Part shown: positions 49,582 through 60,888 of the stretch, one piece after another | Position numbering within the stretch: position 1 is the stretch's first letter | Layout: each line of letters opens with the position of its first letter | Assembly: GCF_963921235.1 (NCBI RefSeq) | Contig: NC_086097.1 | Coordinates: forward strand, 80,602,001 to 80,666,000 | Direction: 5' to 3' | Source: Mobula hypostoma | Lineage: Eukaryota | DNA: 64,000 bases | The notes under the pieces: generated by a model | Database searches by the model: none | The model's input: the letters and a program-made list of their open reading frames with translations, nothing else | What the model was told of the DNA's origin: nothing | Program-made: the position numbers and the translations under genes

Positions 49582-51098
49582 AATAATATTAAAGAGGATA
49601 CCTGAAGTTTCTTCAAATACATGAAATGTAAAAGAGAGGCAGGAGTAGATATTGGACCACCGGAAAACGATGCTGGAGAGGTAGTAATGGGGGAATAATG
49701 AAATGGCAGATGCACTGATTAAGTATTTTGCATCATTCTTTACTGTGGAAGACACTAGCAGTATTGTGGAAGTTCCAGGTGTCAGGGATTATGAAGTGTG
49801 TGAAGTTACCATAACTAGAGATAAAGTTATTGGGAAATTGGAAGGTCTGAGGGCAGATAAGTCACCTGGACCAGATGGTGTACACCCCTGGGTTCTGAAG
49901 GAGGTGGCAGAAGAGATTGTGGAAGCATTAGTAACGATCTTTTGGGAATATCTAAATTCTGGAATGATTCCAGAAGACTGGAAAATTGCAAATGTCACTC
50001 TACTCTTCAAGAAGGGAGAGAGGCAGAAGAAAGGAAATCATAAGCCAATTAGTCTGACCTCAGTGGTTGGAAAGATGTTGGAGTTGATTATTAAGGGTGA
50101 AGTCTCAGGGTACTTGGAGGCACATGATAAAGTAGACCATAGTCAGCACTATTTCCTCAAGAGAAAGTCTTGCCTGACAAATCTGTTGGAATTCTTTGAA
50201 GAAATAACAAGCCGGATAGACAGTTGATGTTGTGCAGAAGGCCTTTGACAAAGTGCTACACACGAGGCTGCTTAAGAAGCTATGAATGAGCCCATGGTAT
50301 TAAAGGAAAGATTCTAGCATGGATAAAGCAGTGGCTGATTAGCAGGAGGCAAAGAATGGGAATAAAGGGAACCTAATCAATATCTTAACTAGAGTTGTTA
50401 AGCCCTTGTATTTTCAGTTTAATCTTGTCAAGTTCTTTGTAGTTGGTACATATTTCCCACATTCTAAGATTATTTAAAGAGGACTCTCATTAAGTGCCTT
50501 ACAGAGAGAATGAATTGTCTCTTAGTGTGGCTCTCACTCTTCTGAGGCTCTGTTGCATTGTGTTGGAGAGGATGAATTGCCTTGTGGTGTTCAGTTGCTC
50601 CTCCAAGGCTCTGATTCCAATGCTTAACCTTTTGTTTCTGTCTCTTCCCGGGAATCCTGCTGATCCTCCACACCTGGGTCCAGTCCTTCATGACAGCATC
50701 AAGACAAGATATGACAGTAGGTGGAGGGCAGGTAGTTTTGAGGAAGTAGAGATGCTACAGAAGGACTTAGACAGATTAGGAGAATGGGCAAAGAGATGGC
50801 AGACGGAATATTGTGTTGGGAAGTGTATGGTCCTGCACTTTGGTAGAAGAAATGAAAAGGTTGACTATTATCTGAAAAAAGAGAAAATACAAAAAACGAA
50901 GGTGTAAAGGGGCTTGGAGTTATTGTGCAGGATTCCCTAAAGGTTAATTTGCTGGTTGAGTCTGTGGTAAGGGAGGCAAATGCAATGTTAGCGTACATTT
51001 CAAGAGGACAGAATATAAAAGCAAGTATATAATGTTGAGACTTTATAAAGCACTGGTGAGGCCTCATTTGGAGTATTATGAGAAGCTTAGGGCAATTA

Positions 51099-52277
51099 TA
51101 GAAACATAGAAACATAGAAAATAGGTGCAGGAGTAGGCCATTCGGCCCTTCGAGCCTGCACCGCCATTTATTATGATCATGGCTGATCATCCAACTCAGA
51201 ACCCAGCCTTCCCTCCATACCCCCTGACCCTTGTAGCCACAAGGGCCATATCTAACTCCCTCTTAAACATAGCCAATGAACTGGCCTCAACAGTTTGCTG
51301 TGGCAGAGAATTCCACAGATTCACCACTCTCTGTGTGAAGAAGTTTTTTCTAATCTCGGTCCTAAAAGGCTTCCCCTCTATCCTCAAACTGTGACCCCTC
51401 GTTCTGGACCTCCCCAACATCGGGAACAATCTTCCCGCATCTAGCCTGTCCAATCCCTTTAGGATCTTATACGTTTCAATCAGATCCCCCCTCAATCTTC
51501 TAAATTCCAACGAGTACAAGCCCAGTTCATCCAGTCTTTCTTCATATGAAAGTCCTGCCATCCCAGGAATCAATCTGGTGAACCTTCTTTGTACTCCCTC
51601 TATGGCAAAGATGTCTTTCCTCAGATTAGGGGACCAAAACTGCACACAATACTCCAGGTGTGGTCTCACCAAGGCCTTGTACAACTGCAGTAGTACCTCC
51701 CTGCTCCCGTACTCGAATCCTTTCGCTATAAATGCCAGCATACCGTTCGCCTTTTTCACCGCCTGCTGTACCTGCATGCCCACTTTCAATGACTGGTGTA
51801 TAAGGACACCTAGGTCTCGTTGCACCTCCCCTTTTCCTAATCGGCCACCATTCAGATAATAATCTGTTTTCCTATTTTTGCCACCAAAGTGGATAACTTC
51901 ACATTTATCCACATTAAATTGCATCTGCCATGAGTTTGCCCACTCACCCAACCTATCCAAGTCACCCTGCATCCTCTTAGCATCCTCCTCACTGCTAACA
52001 CTGCCACCCAGCTTCGTGTCATCCGCAAACTTGGAGATGCTGCATTTAATTCCCTCATCCAAGTCATTAATATATATTGTAAACAACTGGGGTCCCAGCA
52101 CTGAGCCTTGCGGTACCCCACTAGTCACCGCCTGCCATTCTGAAAAGGTCCCATTTATTCCCACTCTTTGCTTCCTGTCTGCTAACCAATTCTCCACCCA
52201 CACCAATACCTTACCGCCAATACCATGTGCTTTAAGTTTGCACGCTAATCTCCTGTGTGGGACCTTGTCAAAAGCCT
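51099..52277 (-). mobile_element. Young 5'-truncated CR1 (HER1-like) with uninterrupted RT C-terminal frame
   Basis: Stop-free frame from KAFDKVPHRRL through PQGSVLGP and FADD to the ORF2 end (ORF 51196-52383, whose first ~35 aa come from the antisense host); (ATAGAAAC)n tail. Confidence 0.93.
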
Positions 52278-52914
52278 TAGAAAGGATGTGCTCAAACTGG
52301 ATAGGGTTCAAAGGAGGTTCACGAAACAAGATTGAATGGTGTGTCATATGAAGAGCGTTTGGTGCCACTGGACCTGCATTCACTAGAATTGAGGGGTAAC
52401 CTCATTGAAACCCATTAAATGGTGAAAGGTCTTGATAGTGAATATGGAGAGGATGCCTCCTCTGGTTGGAGAATCTAAGACCAGAAGACACAACCTCAGA
52501 ATCGAGGGACGTCCTTTTAGAATGGAGATGAGGAGGAATGTATTTAGCCAGTGGTGAAACAGTGGAATTCTTTGCCACAGGCAGTTGTGGAGGCCAAGTC
52601 TTTATGTTTATTTAAGGCAGAGATTAATAAATTCTTGATTGGTCAGGGCATGAAGGGATACATGGAGAAGGCAGGAGACTAGGGCTGAGAGGAAAATTGG
52701 ATCAGCCATGATGAAATGGTGGAGGAGACAAAATGGGCCAAAATGGCCGAATCCTACTCCTATGTCTTATGGTCTTATGGTAATAATTGTTTTAATTTCA
52801 CCTTCCTTTTTTTGTTCATAATTTTCACCTAGGTTTGGGAGCTTTTTGTGCTTTCTATTGTGAAGACAGTTATCTTTTTCATTGCCTCAGATATATACCC
52901 ACCTCCCTTCCCAC

Positions 52915-53050
52915 AGTGGAGCCAAAAGAGGCTACAGATACTGGAATTTGGAGCCAAAAAAAAAAGTTCAATTGGAGGACCTAGCAGGTTGGGCAGCACC
53001 TGTGGAGGTAAATGGACAGTTGATATTTTAGGTCGCGAGCCTTCATATGG
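52915..53050 (-). mobile_element. Degenerate PLE terminal fragment
   Basis: CAGATACTGGAATTTGGAGC...TGGAGGACCTAGCAGGTTGGGCAGCACCTGTGGA...GGACAGTTGATATTTTAGGTCG resembles other pLTR copies. Confidence 0.6.
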
Positions 53051-53189
53051 ATTGATTCTTGACAATAAATACCAGCTGTTTATCTTTTTGGATAGATACC
53101 ACCTGACCAGCTTAGGACACCTGGCAGATTGTTTTGCAGTGTATATCCCCCAAAGTTGTTCTGTAAGGGAGTGAGATGGATTAGCTGGT

Positions 53190-53945
53190 TGAGTGGTATC
53201 ACAACAAGAACTTTGCATTCAATATTAGTACAATCAAGGAATTAACTGTGGACTTCAGAAAGGGGAAGTTAAGAGAGCACATCCTAGTCCTCATCAAAGG
53301 GCCAGCAGTGGAGAGGGTGAGCAGTTTCAAGTTTCTGAGTGTCAACATCTCAGGTGATCTATCCTGGGCCAAACAAATGGATGCAATCATGAAGAAAGCA
53401 CACCAATGGTTATACTTGTTTGGAGATTAAAAAGATTCAGTATGTCACCAAAGACACTAGCAAATTTCTACAGATTAACCGTGGAGAGCATTTTGACTGC
53501 ATCATTACCTGGTACGGAGGTTCCAATGCACAGAATCCAAAAAAAAAGCTGCTAAGGGTTTTAGACTTAACCAGCTTCATCATTGGCACTAACGTCCTTA
53601 CTTTCAACGACATCTTTAAATGCTGATGCCTCAATCCTTCATTAAGGACCCCCACCAAGGACATGCCCTCTTCTCTTTTCTACCGTGAGGGAGGAAGGAC
53701 AGAAGCCTGAACACCTTCAGTGCTTAGGAACAGTTTCTTCCTTTCTGCCAACAGGTTTCTGAAATGACCATGAACACTACCTCAGTATATTGCTCTATTC
53801 TTACACTATTTATTTATTCTTTTATATTTCTTACTGTATCTTACAGTATTTTTAATGTATTGCACTACACTGCTGCTGTAAAACTACAAATTTCGTGACC
53901 TATGTCATGTTAATTATAATAAACCTGATTCAGATTCTGGTTCTC
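53190..53945 (+). mobile_element. Rex1/L2-type LINE 3' portion
   Basis: DFRKG...VERVSSFKFLSVNISGDLSW; AATAAACCTGATTCAGATTCTG tail. Confidence 0.8.
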
Positions 53946-54489
53946 ACTAAAGCTACTCTTGTTTCTTGGTATACTTGGAGAAAGTTGAACTTTGTGCAAT
54001 TATACTTTTTGCTAGATTATTCACATAACCTACCTTCTCCCTTTTTAATATTTCTTTTGCTATCACTCGCCGATTTCTATGTTTTCTCAACGTTTTAGCC
54101 CATTACTAATCTTCGCAACACTTTATTTTTGAATGACATCATTCTTAACCAGCCATCAAAGGATTATTCTTCTCAATCTTTCCTTCTCAAGGCAAAATGT
54201 ATTTATTATGAAATATTTTCCTTTATATCTGCCACTACTTTCCCTTTTAGTTATTTCCCTGTCTTTTTTTTAGCCAAATTTGCCTTCATAACAGTTTTTA
54301 CTTACACTTGACGAACTAATTTTAGACTTTTGTTTCTTAGCTTCAGACTGAATATTAAATTGTAATGGACACTTTTCCTCAGTGGACTCTTTACAAAGAA
54401 ATAATTCTTTAATGGTATTTCATCTACATGTTCATCATACAGAACCTAATTTGTGACAGCCTGTTCCTTCCTAGAAAACATGTTCTCTC

Positions 54490-54870
54490 CAAGCAGCACA
54501 CACAAAATGCTGGAGGACCTTTCAGGCCTGGCAATATCTATGGAAAAGAGTGACCAGGCAATGTTTCAGTTCAAGACCCTTCATCAGGACTGGAAAAAAA
54601 TGAGAAGTCAGAGTCAGCAGGTGAGTGAAGGGGATGAGAAGGTACAAGGTGGTAGGTGATAGGTGAAGCCAGGAGAGAGATGGGTGAAGTAAAGAGCTGG
54701 GAAGTTGATTGGTGAAAGATATAAAGGGCTGGAGATAGGAGAGGGTAGAAGTGGGAGGAGCACCAAAGGGAGGTGATGGGCAGGTAAGGAGGTATAGTGA
54801 GAGAGGGAAATGGGAATGGGGAATGGTAAAGGAGAGGGTTGAGGGGCAATTACTGGAAGTTTGAGAAATC
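54490..54870 (-). mobile_element. PLE 3' fragment with degenerate hammerhead (54555-54592)
   Basis: Minus strand reads CAGTC-CTGATGA-AGGGTCTTGAACT-GAAA-CATTGCCTG; includes the end of the GIY-YIG ORF (DFSNFQ). Confidence 0.85.
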
Positions 54871-55169
54871 CCGAAAACAATAATTAAATCACCGCTTAAT
54901 CTAATTTTGGACATGCACTTGCAATTTGTATAATTTTTTTTGCATCAATCCTTGCAGCCTAGGTTTTGTTCTATTCATGATGTTATTTCTCTATGACCAG
55001 TTCTTATCTGGAGTATAAAACACAGCAGAATGTTCCAAATAGGGGTTAAAATGAGCATGTTACAGCTGTAACTAACCATTGTATTTAAAATCCCCTGTGG
55101 CGTCTTTAATTACAGGATTCCATTCAAAGTTGATAGCCTCATATTTGAGCAACAAATACTCATCAGAAT

Positions 55170-55685
55170 GGAGAGAGAGGATTTTGAGTGGAAAGTGGAG
55201 AGGGGGTGTGGAAAGATAGGTGCCAATCAGTAACTGGTGGTCCGAGGAGGGGTGAAGAAGATGGGCAGATGAACCAGGTGGTGGATTGCGAAGGTTAGAA
55301 TTGGGAAACAGAGACAGGTGTATGAAGGCAGATAAGGAACAGTATAAACTAATGAACACATGGAGGAAGGGAGGGGAAGGGTGAAGGTGGAGAAATCTGC
55401 TAGGGGATGATAAATGGGAACACAACACCTACCTTTGTTGGAATCTGATAAGTAAGGGAGCCATTAGGGAAGAGATGAAGGGCGGATGGAACCAGATGGG
55501 GGAGAAGATCCATTGGGTGTAATGTGTAGATAGTAGTTTAATAATGGGAACAAAAAATGGATGATGGGGACTGTGGGAAAGGGGACAAAAAAATGGAAGA
55601 CCAAAGGTGGGTCGTGTCATAATACTGGGTTGTAGACTACCCAGGCGGAATATGAGATGTTGTTCCTTTAGTTTGTGTTAGACAA
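55170..55685 (-). mobile_element. Old PLE 3' relic
   Basis: Purine-rich block followed by ACTGGGTTGTAGACTACCCAGGCGGAATATGAGATGTTGTTCC, homologous to the PLE C-terminus (EQHLIFRLGSLQP). Confidence 0.6.
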
Positions 55686-56264
55686 AGTCACACTTGTCTC
55701 TACGGCAAACCCATTGGCACAGAGAGGGCTGAAGTACCAATGCTTCTTCTTTGCTTCAGCTTCAGGTACTGATGCAAAGTTATTAATCAAACTGAGACAT
55801 GTTGAATTTCCCAGCGGTTAAATTGTTAATAAGAGTAATTCAATCTTCATATTAAATTCTTATGGGATACCATTTGGCACGTTTTTCCAATTTGAGTTTC
55901 TGTCCACTACCATCACCCTCTGTTTACTGCAGCCCAAAAAAATCCCTTATCAGGTCAATAACTTATCTCCACTGTGATGTGGTTCTATTTTACCTAACAG
56001 TCCTTTATAGAGTTTCAAACAATTTCATCTAATTAGTTCATAAAAATAACACCCATGAACATTAGTGACCAAGACTTTTAAAGTCCTTTTATCAGAGCAA
56101 ACAGCCTCTGCAAAGACAAGTGTTTGCTGGGTCTCTCTCTGACCTGTTGGACATTTTGAAGGCAATTAGTAGCCCGATCCTTTAATTATGGAGGTAGTAA
56201 TTTCTGAACAAGTTTGCATGCTAACTGGCCAATAAACCTGTGCTACCTTTATCTCACTTATGTT

Positions 56265-56893
56265 GGAACATAGGACAGTGCAGACTATTCAGCCCACAAA
56301 GTTGTGCTATATAAACCTACTCCACTATTAATCTAGTCTTTCTCTTCTTGTGTTGGGCACGTGGCCAAGCGGGTAAGGCATTCGTCTAGTTATCTCACGG
56401 TTGCTAGTTCGAGCCTCAGCTGTGGCAGCGTGTTTGTAGCCTTGAGTAAGGCACTTAATCACACATTGCTCTAGTGTCTGTGCAAGGAGTGGCGCCCCAC
56501 ACAGACTTCCAATCTGCACCTTGTAAGGCATGAAAATGCCCAATGCAGGCCTCTCATGGTCTGAGTCGACGTCCCCCCCGCCTTCTCTTCTACACAGCCC
56601 TTAACTCTCCATTTTCTCTACATCCATGTGGTCTATCTAAGAATTGATTAAATGTTCCTGCTGTACAACCCCTGGCAGTGTGTTCCAGCTACCTACTGCT
56701 CTCTGTGTAAAAGAAAAAAAAAACTACCTCTGATGTCTCCCCTGAACTTTCCTCCACTTACCTTAAATAGATGTCCTCAGGTATTGGCCATTGTTACTCT
56801 GGGGAGAAAGGTGCTGGCTGTCCATACTGTCTAAGCCTCTCATAATCTAATGCATCTATGTCCAGTCAGTTCTCATTCTCCTTCACACCAAAG
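56265..56893 (-). mobile_element. Old CR1 3' end, interrupted by a SINE
   Basis: GAACATAGGACAGTGCAG..TTCAGCCCACAAAGTTGTGCT tail; ...AAACTACCTCTGATGTCTCCCCTGAACTTTCCTCC body. Confidence 0.75.
56349..56582 (+). mobile_element. tRNA-derived SINE with CORE-like body and RTE-like tail
   Basis: Pol III A box TGGCCAAGCGG (56362-56372), B box GTTCGAGCC (56407-56415), CCTTGAGTAAGGCACTTAA core-like segment, 9-bp TSD TTCTCTTCT (56340-56348, 56583-56591). Confidence 0.85.
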
Positions 56894-56968
56894 TTGAATT
56901 TTAAACTGCAGAATTTTGTAAGGTAGCATTTAAGATCCCTGAAGTATACCCAAATTCCTTTTGAAAAT
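56782..56968 (+). repeat. Local duplication, copy 1
   Basis: Near-identical to 58547-58769 apart from one internal indel of about 36 bp. Confidence 0.92.
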
Positions 56969-56984
56969 CTGCATAGAGTCTCCT

Positions 56985-58530
56985 ATAAGAACGTAGGGCA
57001 TTTAGCCCCTCAAGTCTGCCCTGCCATTATTTTGATCGCAGTTTACCCGCAACAGGCTGTATATCCCTTCTGTGCCAGATCCCAACATTATTGATCTTCC
57101 AAAAATTTAGCTAGTGATTGAGCCTCCAAAAGCTTCCAGGCTACTGGTTTGAGAGATTCATTGCCCTCTACGAGAAGCTCGTAAATCTTCCCACTTGTAG
57201 AAATATCTTTACATTTACCCTGGCATACTGTCTGAGCATCTTACATTTTTTATGAAGATATCTTGGTAAATTCCAAAGAATGCAGGTCTAATTTATTTAG
57301 TCATTCATCACAGGAAAATCCTCTTATCCCAGGAATTAGTGTAGTTAATCTCTTTTGGGCTATGTTTATTCCAGTACATCCTCTATTAAATAATATGACT
57401 AAAACTACGCTCCGAGTGTGACTTCATCAGTTCCCTGTACTATTGCCAGAAAACTTGCCTATATCCAAACTCCAACACTCTTGTAATAAACGCTATTAAT
57501 TTGCCTTACTAATGAAGGGATGGGATGGAAACAATTTGATTCTGAGTATTTATCATTCATCAGTAACATGATTGCTTTTATTTTGCTTATATTATTTTCA
57601 GTGAGATCCTGTCCCTGACTGACCTTCAGTTCCCTCGTTGTGCAAAGTGCAGTTTATTTTCTCTGTTTTTAATGCCAATACAAAATAATTGACAGCTACA
57701 TCACTTCTTTATTATCATTATTTCTATCATCATGATTAGTGATTTTGAATGCACTCGCATTACCCTCAGGTATTGTATTTTCCTATTACTATTGTAAAAA
57801 TATCAGGTTGACTTTGCTATGCCTTTCAAATTTCTTTTCATGTTCCCTGCTTGTAGCTATCTGTTTTGTTGTGTTCTGTTGTTCTTTTTATTTCTCTTAG
57901 CAAGCATCTCTAGACTATGTTTTGCACATTTTCTTCACCCTCATCCCTTTTACCATTTGCTTTTGCAACTTTTGTGATATGTTGCATTCTCCCCCTCCCC
58001 CAATTATATTCCATTGAATTGTCCATTAACAACTTACAGCAGCTAACTTCAGCAGTTTCTGACTCACCCTGTTCATGTCGGCCATATCTAATTCTAAATT
58101 CCTGGCGGGTATTTTCTCCATTCTCCTTTTCAAATACAATACTGAACAAATTCTGAAAGTTAAATACTGATTGCATTTGGCTTCATTGCTCATTATCAAA
58201 TCTAATTATCTCGTTACTCTATTGGTTTTAGAACATATTGTTGCAGAAGCTTATCCTTTGAACCAATCCAAAATATTTCCTAGCTTCCTGACATGACCTT
58301 GTCTGCTAAATCCAATTTGTATAAAAGTCAAAATCCCTCATTAAAACTCTTTACTTCACTACAACAGTATCAGAGCTCTGCATTTATCCATGTTGCCAGT
58401 CTACAGCTGCTTTCCAGGAGGCTCTGCACAACTGACACAGATGTCATATGTCCTTTCCCATCTCCTAATTCCATCTATTTAGGCTCCACTACCTGCTTAC
58501 TTCATCCTATTTCCTTTCTTATCAATGTAG
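56985..58530 (-). mobile_element. Highly decayed CR1 relic
   Basis: Tail-like ATAAGAACGTAGGGCATTTAGCCCCTCAAGTCTGCC; scattered similarity to CR1 ORF2 (ATCCCAGGAATTAGT, TTTCCAGGAGGCTCTGCACAAC). Confidence 0.5.
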
Positions 58531-58546
58531 TAATATCATCCTCAAT

Positions 58547-58769
58547 TATTGGCCATTGTTACTCTGGGGAGAAAGGTGCTGGCTGTCCGTACTGTCTAAG
58601 CCTCTCATAATCTATGCATCTATATCAAGTCAGTTCTCATTCTCCTTCACTCCAAAGTTAAATTTTAAACTACATTATTTTCCGATACAAGGAAATACTT
58701 CTTGAAACAAGAAATTTTGTAAGGTAGCATTTAAGATCCCTGAAGTATACCCAAATTCCTTTTGAAAAT
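58547..58769 (+). repeat. Local duplication, copy 2
   Basis: TATTGGCCATTGTTACTCTGGGGAGAAAGG...CCCAAATTCCTTTTGAAAAT as at 56782-56968. Confidence 0.92.
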
Positions 58770-59502
58770 TGGAATTGTGTCTGTTGCCTTTTCCCATTTG
58801 CGTAATCCCCCAGACCACCTCCCTTGCCTCCCACATTCCAATTTTCCAGGTTTATAGTACTTGATATTTCCTAGTTAGTTCTTTCTGATAAGGTTCTGGA
58901 TCACAAGGTTCTGGATCACAGCCCAATTGACATGGACTCTATCCCAATATTTCTTCCCGAACACATACAATATGGATCCAGCACTTTCCATGCCTCTATT
59001 GTTCATATTGTCCATTTACCATTTGTTAAAATCAAGAGAATATAACCATGAATGTTCTTCCAATTTATTTCTTATATCCTGGGACAGGTTCTATTATTCA
59101 CTCTCTGTTATGTCATCTCTAGTATCCTGTCAAAGCAATTTGATATGTTCTTCTTGTTGCTCAATGATGAATCCTCTCCATTTCCCTAAATCTTAAATTG
59201 CCTACAAATACCACAGAGCACTACACCATTTACGGAGCTTCCTTCCCCAAGCTGCCTAGTTTAACACTTAGGATAAACTTGGAAATATATCATCTTTATG
59301 CAGGTAGTAGAGTACCTTGTGCTCATCGGATCAGATCTATTCTTTCAGGTCCTTGCTCATGTTCTGAATACTATTGGTTGTACAAGGTTCTTATCGTTCA
59401 TTAATCTGCAAATTTGATCACGTCTTGAGCAAGTTGTCCAGATACCATTAGCCTTCTTTTATTTATATTTTATTTATTTAGCGATATTTTATTTATTTAG
59501 CG

Positions 59503-60030
59503 CTGGTGTGGAGGGCTATGAACGATATGAAGGAAATCTGGAAGTCAAACCTGACCGGAGGGCTTAAAAAGAGGATTCTCATAGCAGTCATGGAGTCCAT
59601 TCTCACGTACGGATGCGAGACGTGGACACTCACCAAGGCTATGCGAAAGTCTCTAGATGGTTTCTGTACACCAATGCTCCAGATGGCTCTTGACGTGAGT
59701 TGGCAACAGCACATGACAAACGTCGAGCTCTATAACGACCTACCAATGCTCACCACTAAAATCGAGGCGAGAAGACTGCAACTAGCAGGGCACTGTTTAC
59801 GCCACCCCGAGCTACCTGCCAGCCTAGTCATCATATGGGAGGCCAAGCACGGGAGGATGAACCCTGGGCGCCTTCCTAAGACTACGGTCAACACGCTCCT
59901 AGAAGACAGCAGCGCAGCTAATGTAGATGAACTGAACACACTGATGAGGGAGAGGGAGAAGTGGAGAGTCCGTCATTGTGCCCAACACCGGCCCCCTAGG
60001 CCTGAGTTGACGTAGTGATAGTAGTAGTAG
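59503..60030 (+). mobile_element. RTE-clade LINE 3' end, 5'-truncated
   Basis: Open frame with LTYGCETWTL, RRLQLAGHCLRH, PGRLPKT (RTE C-terminus); (TAG)n tail; TSD TATTTAGCG/TATTTAACG (59494-59502, 60031-60039). Confidence 0.9.
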
Positions 60031-60270
60031 TATTTAACGATACAGCATGGTTACAGGCCTTAATGGCCCAACGAGCCTATGCCACCCAATTACACCCACG
60101 TGATTAATTAACCTAGCAATCTGTACATCTTTTCAATGTGGAAGGAAAGCAGAGTGCCCAGAGGAAACCCACGCAGTCTCGGAAAGAACATACAAACTCC
60201 TTACAGATGGCGATGGGAATTAAACCAGGGCTGCTGACATTGTATAGTGTTACGCTACTGTGCCACTGCA
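60031..60270 (-). mobile_element. V-domain SINE (HE1-like)
   Basis: Minus strand has a tRNA-like head (GGTTTAATTCC B-box), V domain GGAGTTTGTATGTTCT...CTGCGTGGGTTTCCTCTGGGCACTC and CR1-like tail GGGCC..AAGGCCTGT; its AT-rich tail lies left of the RTE insertion. Confidence 0.82.
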
Positions 60271-60279
60271 TGTTTATTC

Positions 60280-60888
60280 ATCAGTACCTCAGTGTATCTC
60301 TCTGGGACTGTGAGTCCCAGGCTGGACACCCTGCTCGCTTAAGGAAGGTGAAGCGTCTCCCATAGTCTCTCCTTTCCAGGTGTAGTGATCACCACAGGAC
60401 CACTGTTTGGCTGGCCATACAGGAGGTCACTCCCATATGGCCTCTCCTACACCACTGCGGCCATAGCAATGCCTTCATTTGGTGTCCCTGTTCTTACAGA
60501 GTTTGCTATGGCATGGCACGACAGAGTGTCCAGCAGTATAACTGGGCGGACAAGCTGGGCTCATTAGCCTTGGCTGGCGGCCACTCTAGGAGAAGGACAG
60601 CTCTGATTCCAAACCAGGGTAGATGGGACTCATTAACCTTGCTAGGAAGTCTGTCTAGGAGAAGGAAACCTCCGATATTCAACCTACAGCCTTGTGGTTG
60701 CTGCAGTTTTTATAGCTCACTGTGCCATTGTGGAATGTCTCCCAGCCTGAAGAGTGGAATTGGTCCAGGCACACCGATCCTCACTATAAATTTATGTAGT
60801 GCAGGTGGAAGAAAAGTCCTACAGCAATGGAATTCCCTCCTAGTCTTTGCCTGCAAAGAACCAACCATCATCATCATACTTCTGCCTT
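60280..60888 (+). repeat. Probable non-autonomous RTE-associated retroposon
   Basis: Two copies of TCTAGGAGAAGGA.A.CTC.GA motif (~60585, ~60654), which I recall from RTE-type 5' UTRs; ends in (CAT)n. Family call is from recollection. Confidence 0.4.

Larger units (their letters stand above)
43945..52780 (+). mobile_element. CR1-type LINE ORF2 split by at least five later insertions
   Basis: Colinear pieces ~43945-44498, 49121-49247, 49582-50371, ~50700-51098 and 52278-52780 (EN start; IDWKRTLAG; DKSPGPDGVHP; QKDLDRLGEWA; TCTTATGGTCTTATGG tail). Confidence 0.88.

Noticed and set aside
56355..56425. tRNA gene
   Set aside because: A and B boxes are present, but it continues into a SINE body and LINE-like tail with a TSD; no convincing cloverleaf.
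58891..58921. 15-bp tandem duplication AAGGTTCTGGATCAC x2 (similar doublet at ~24760-24791)
   Set aside because: Ordinary slippage-type duplication with no further structure.
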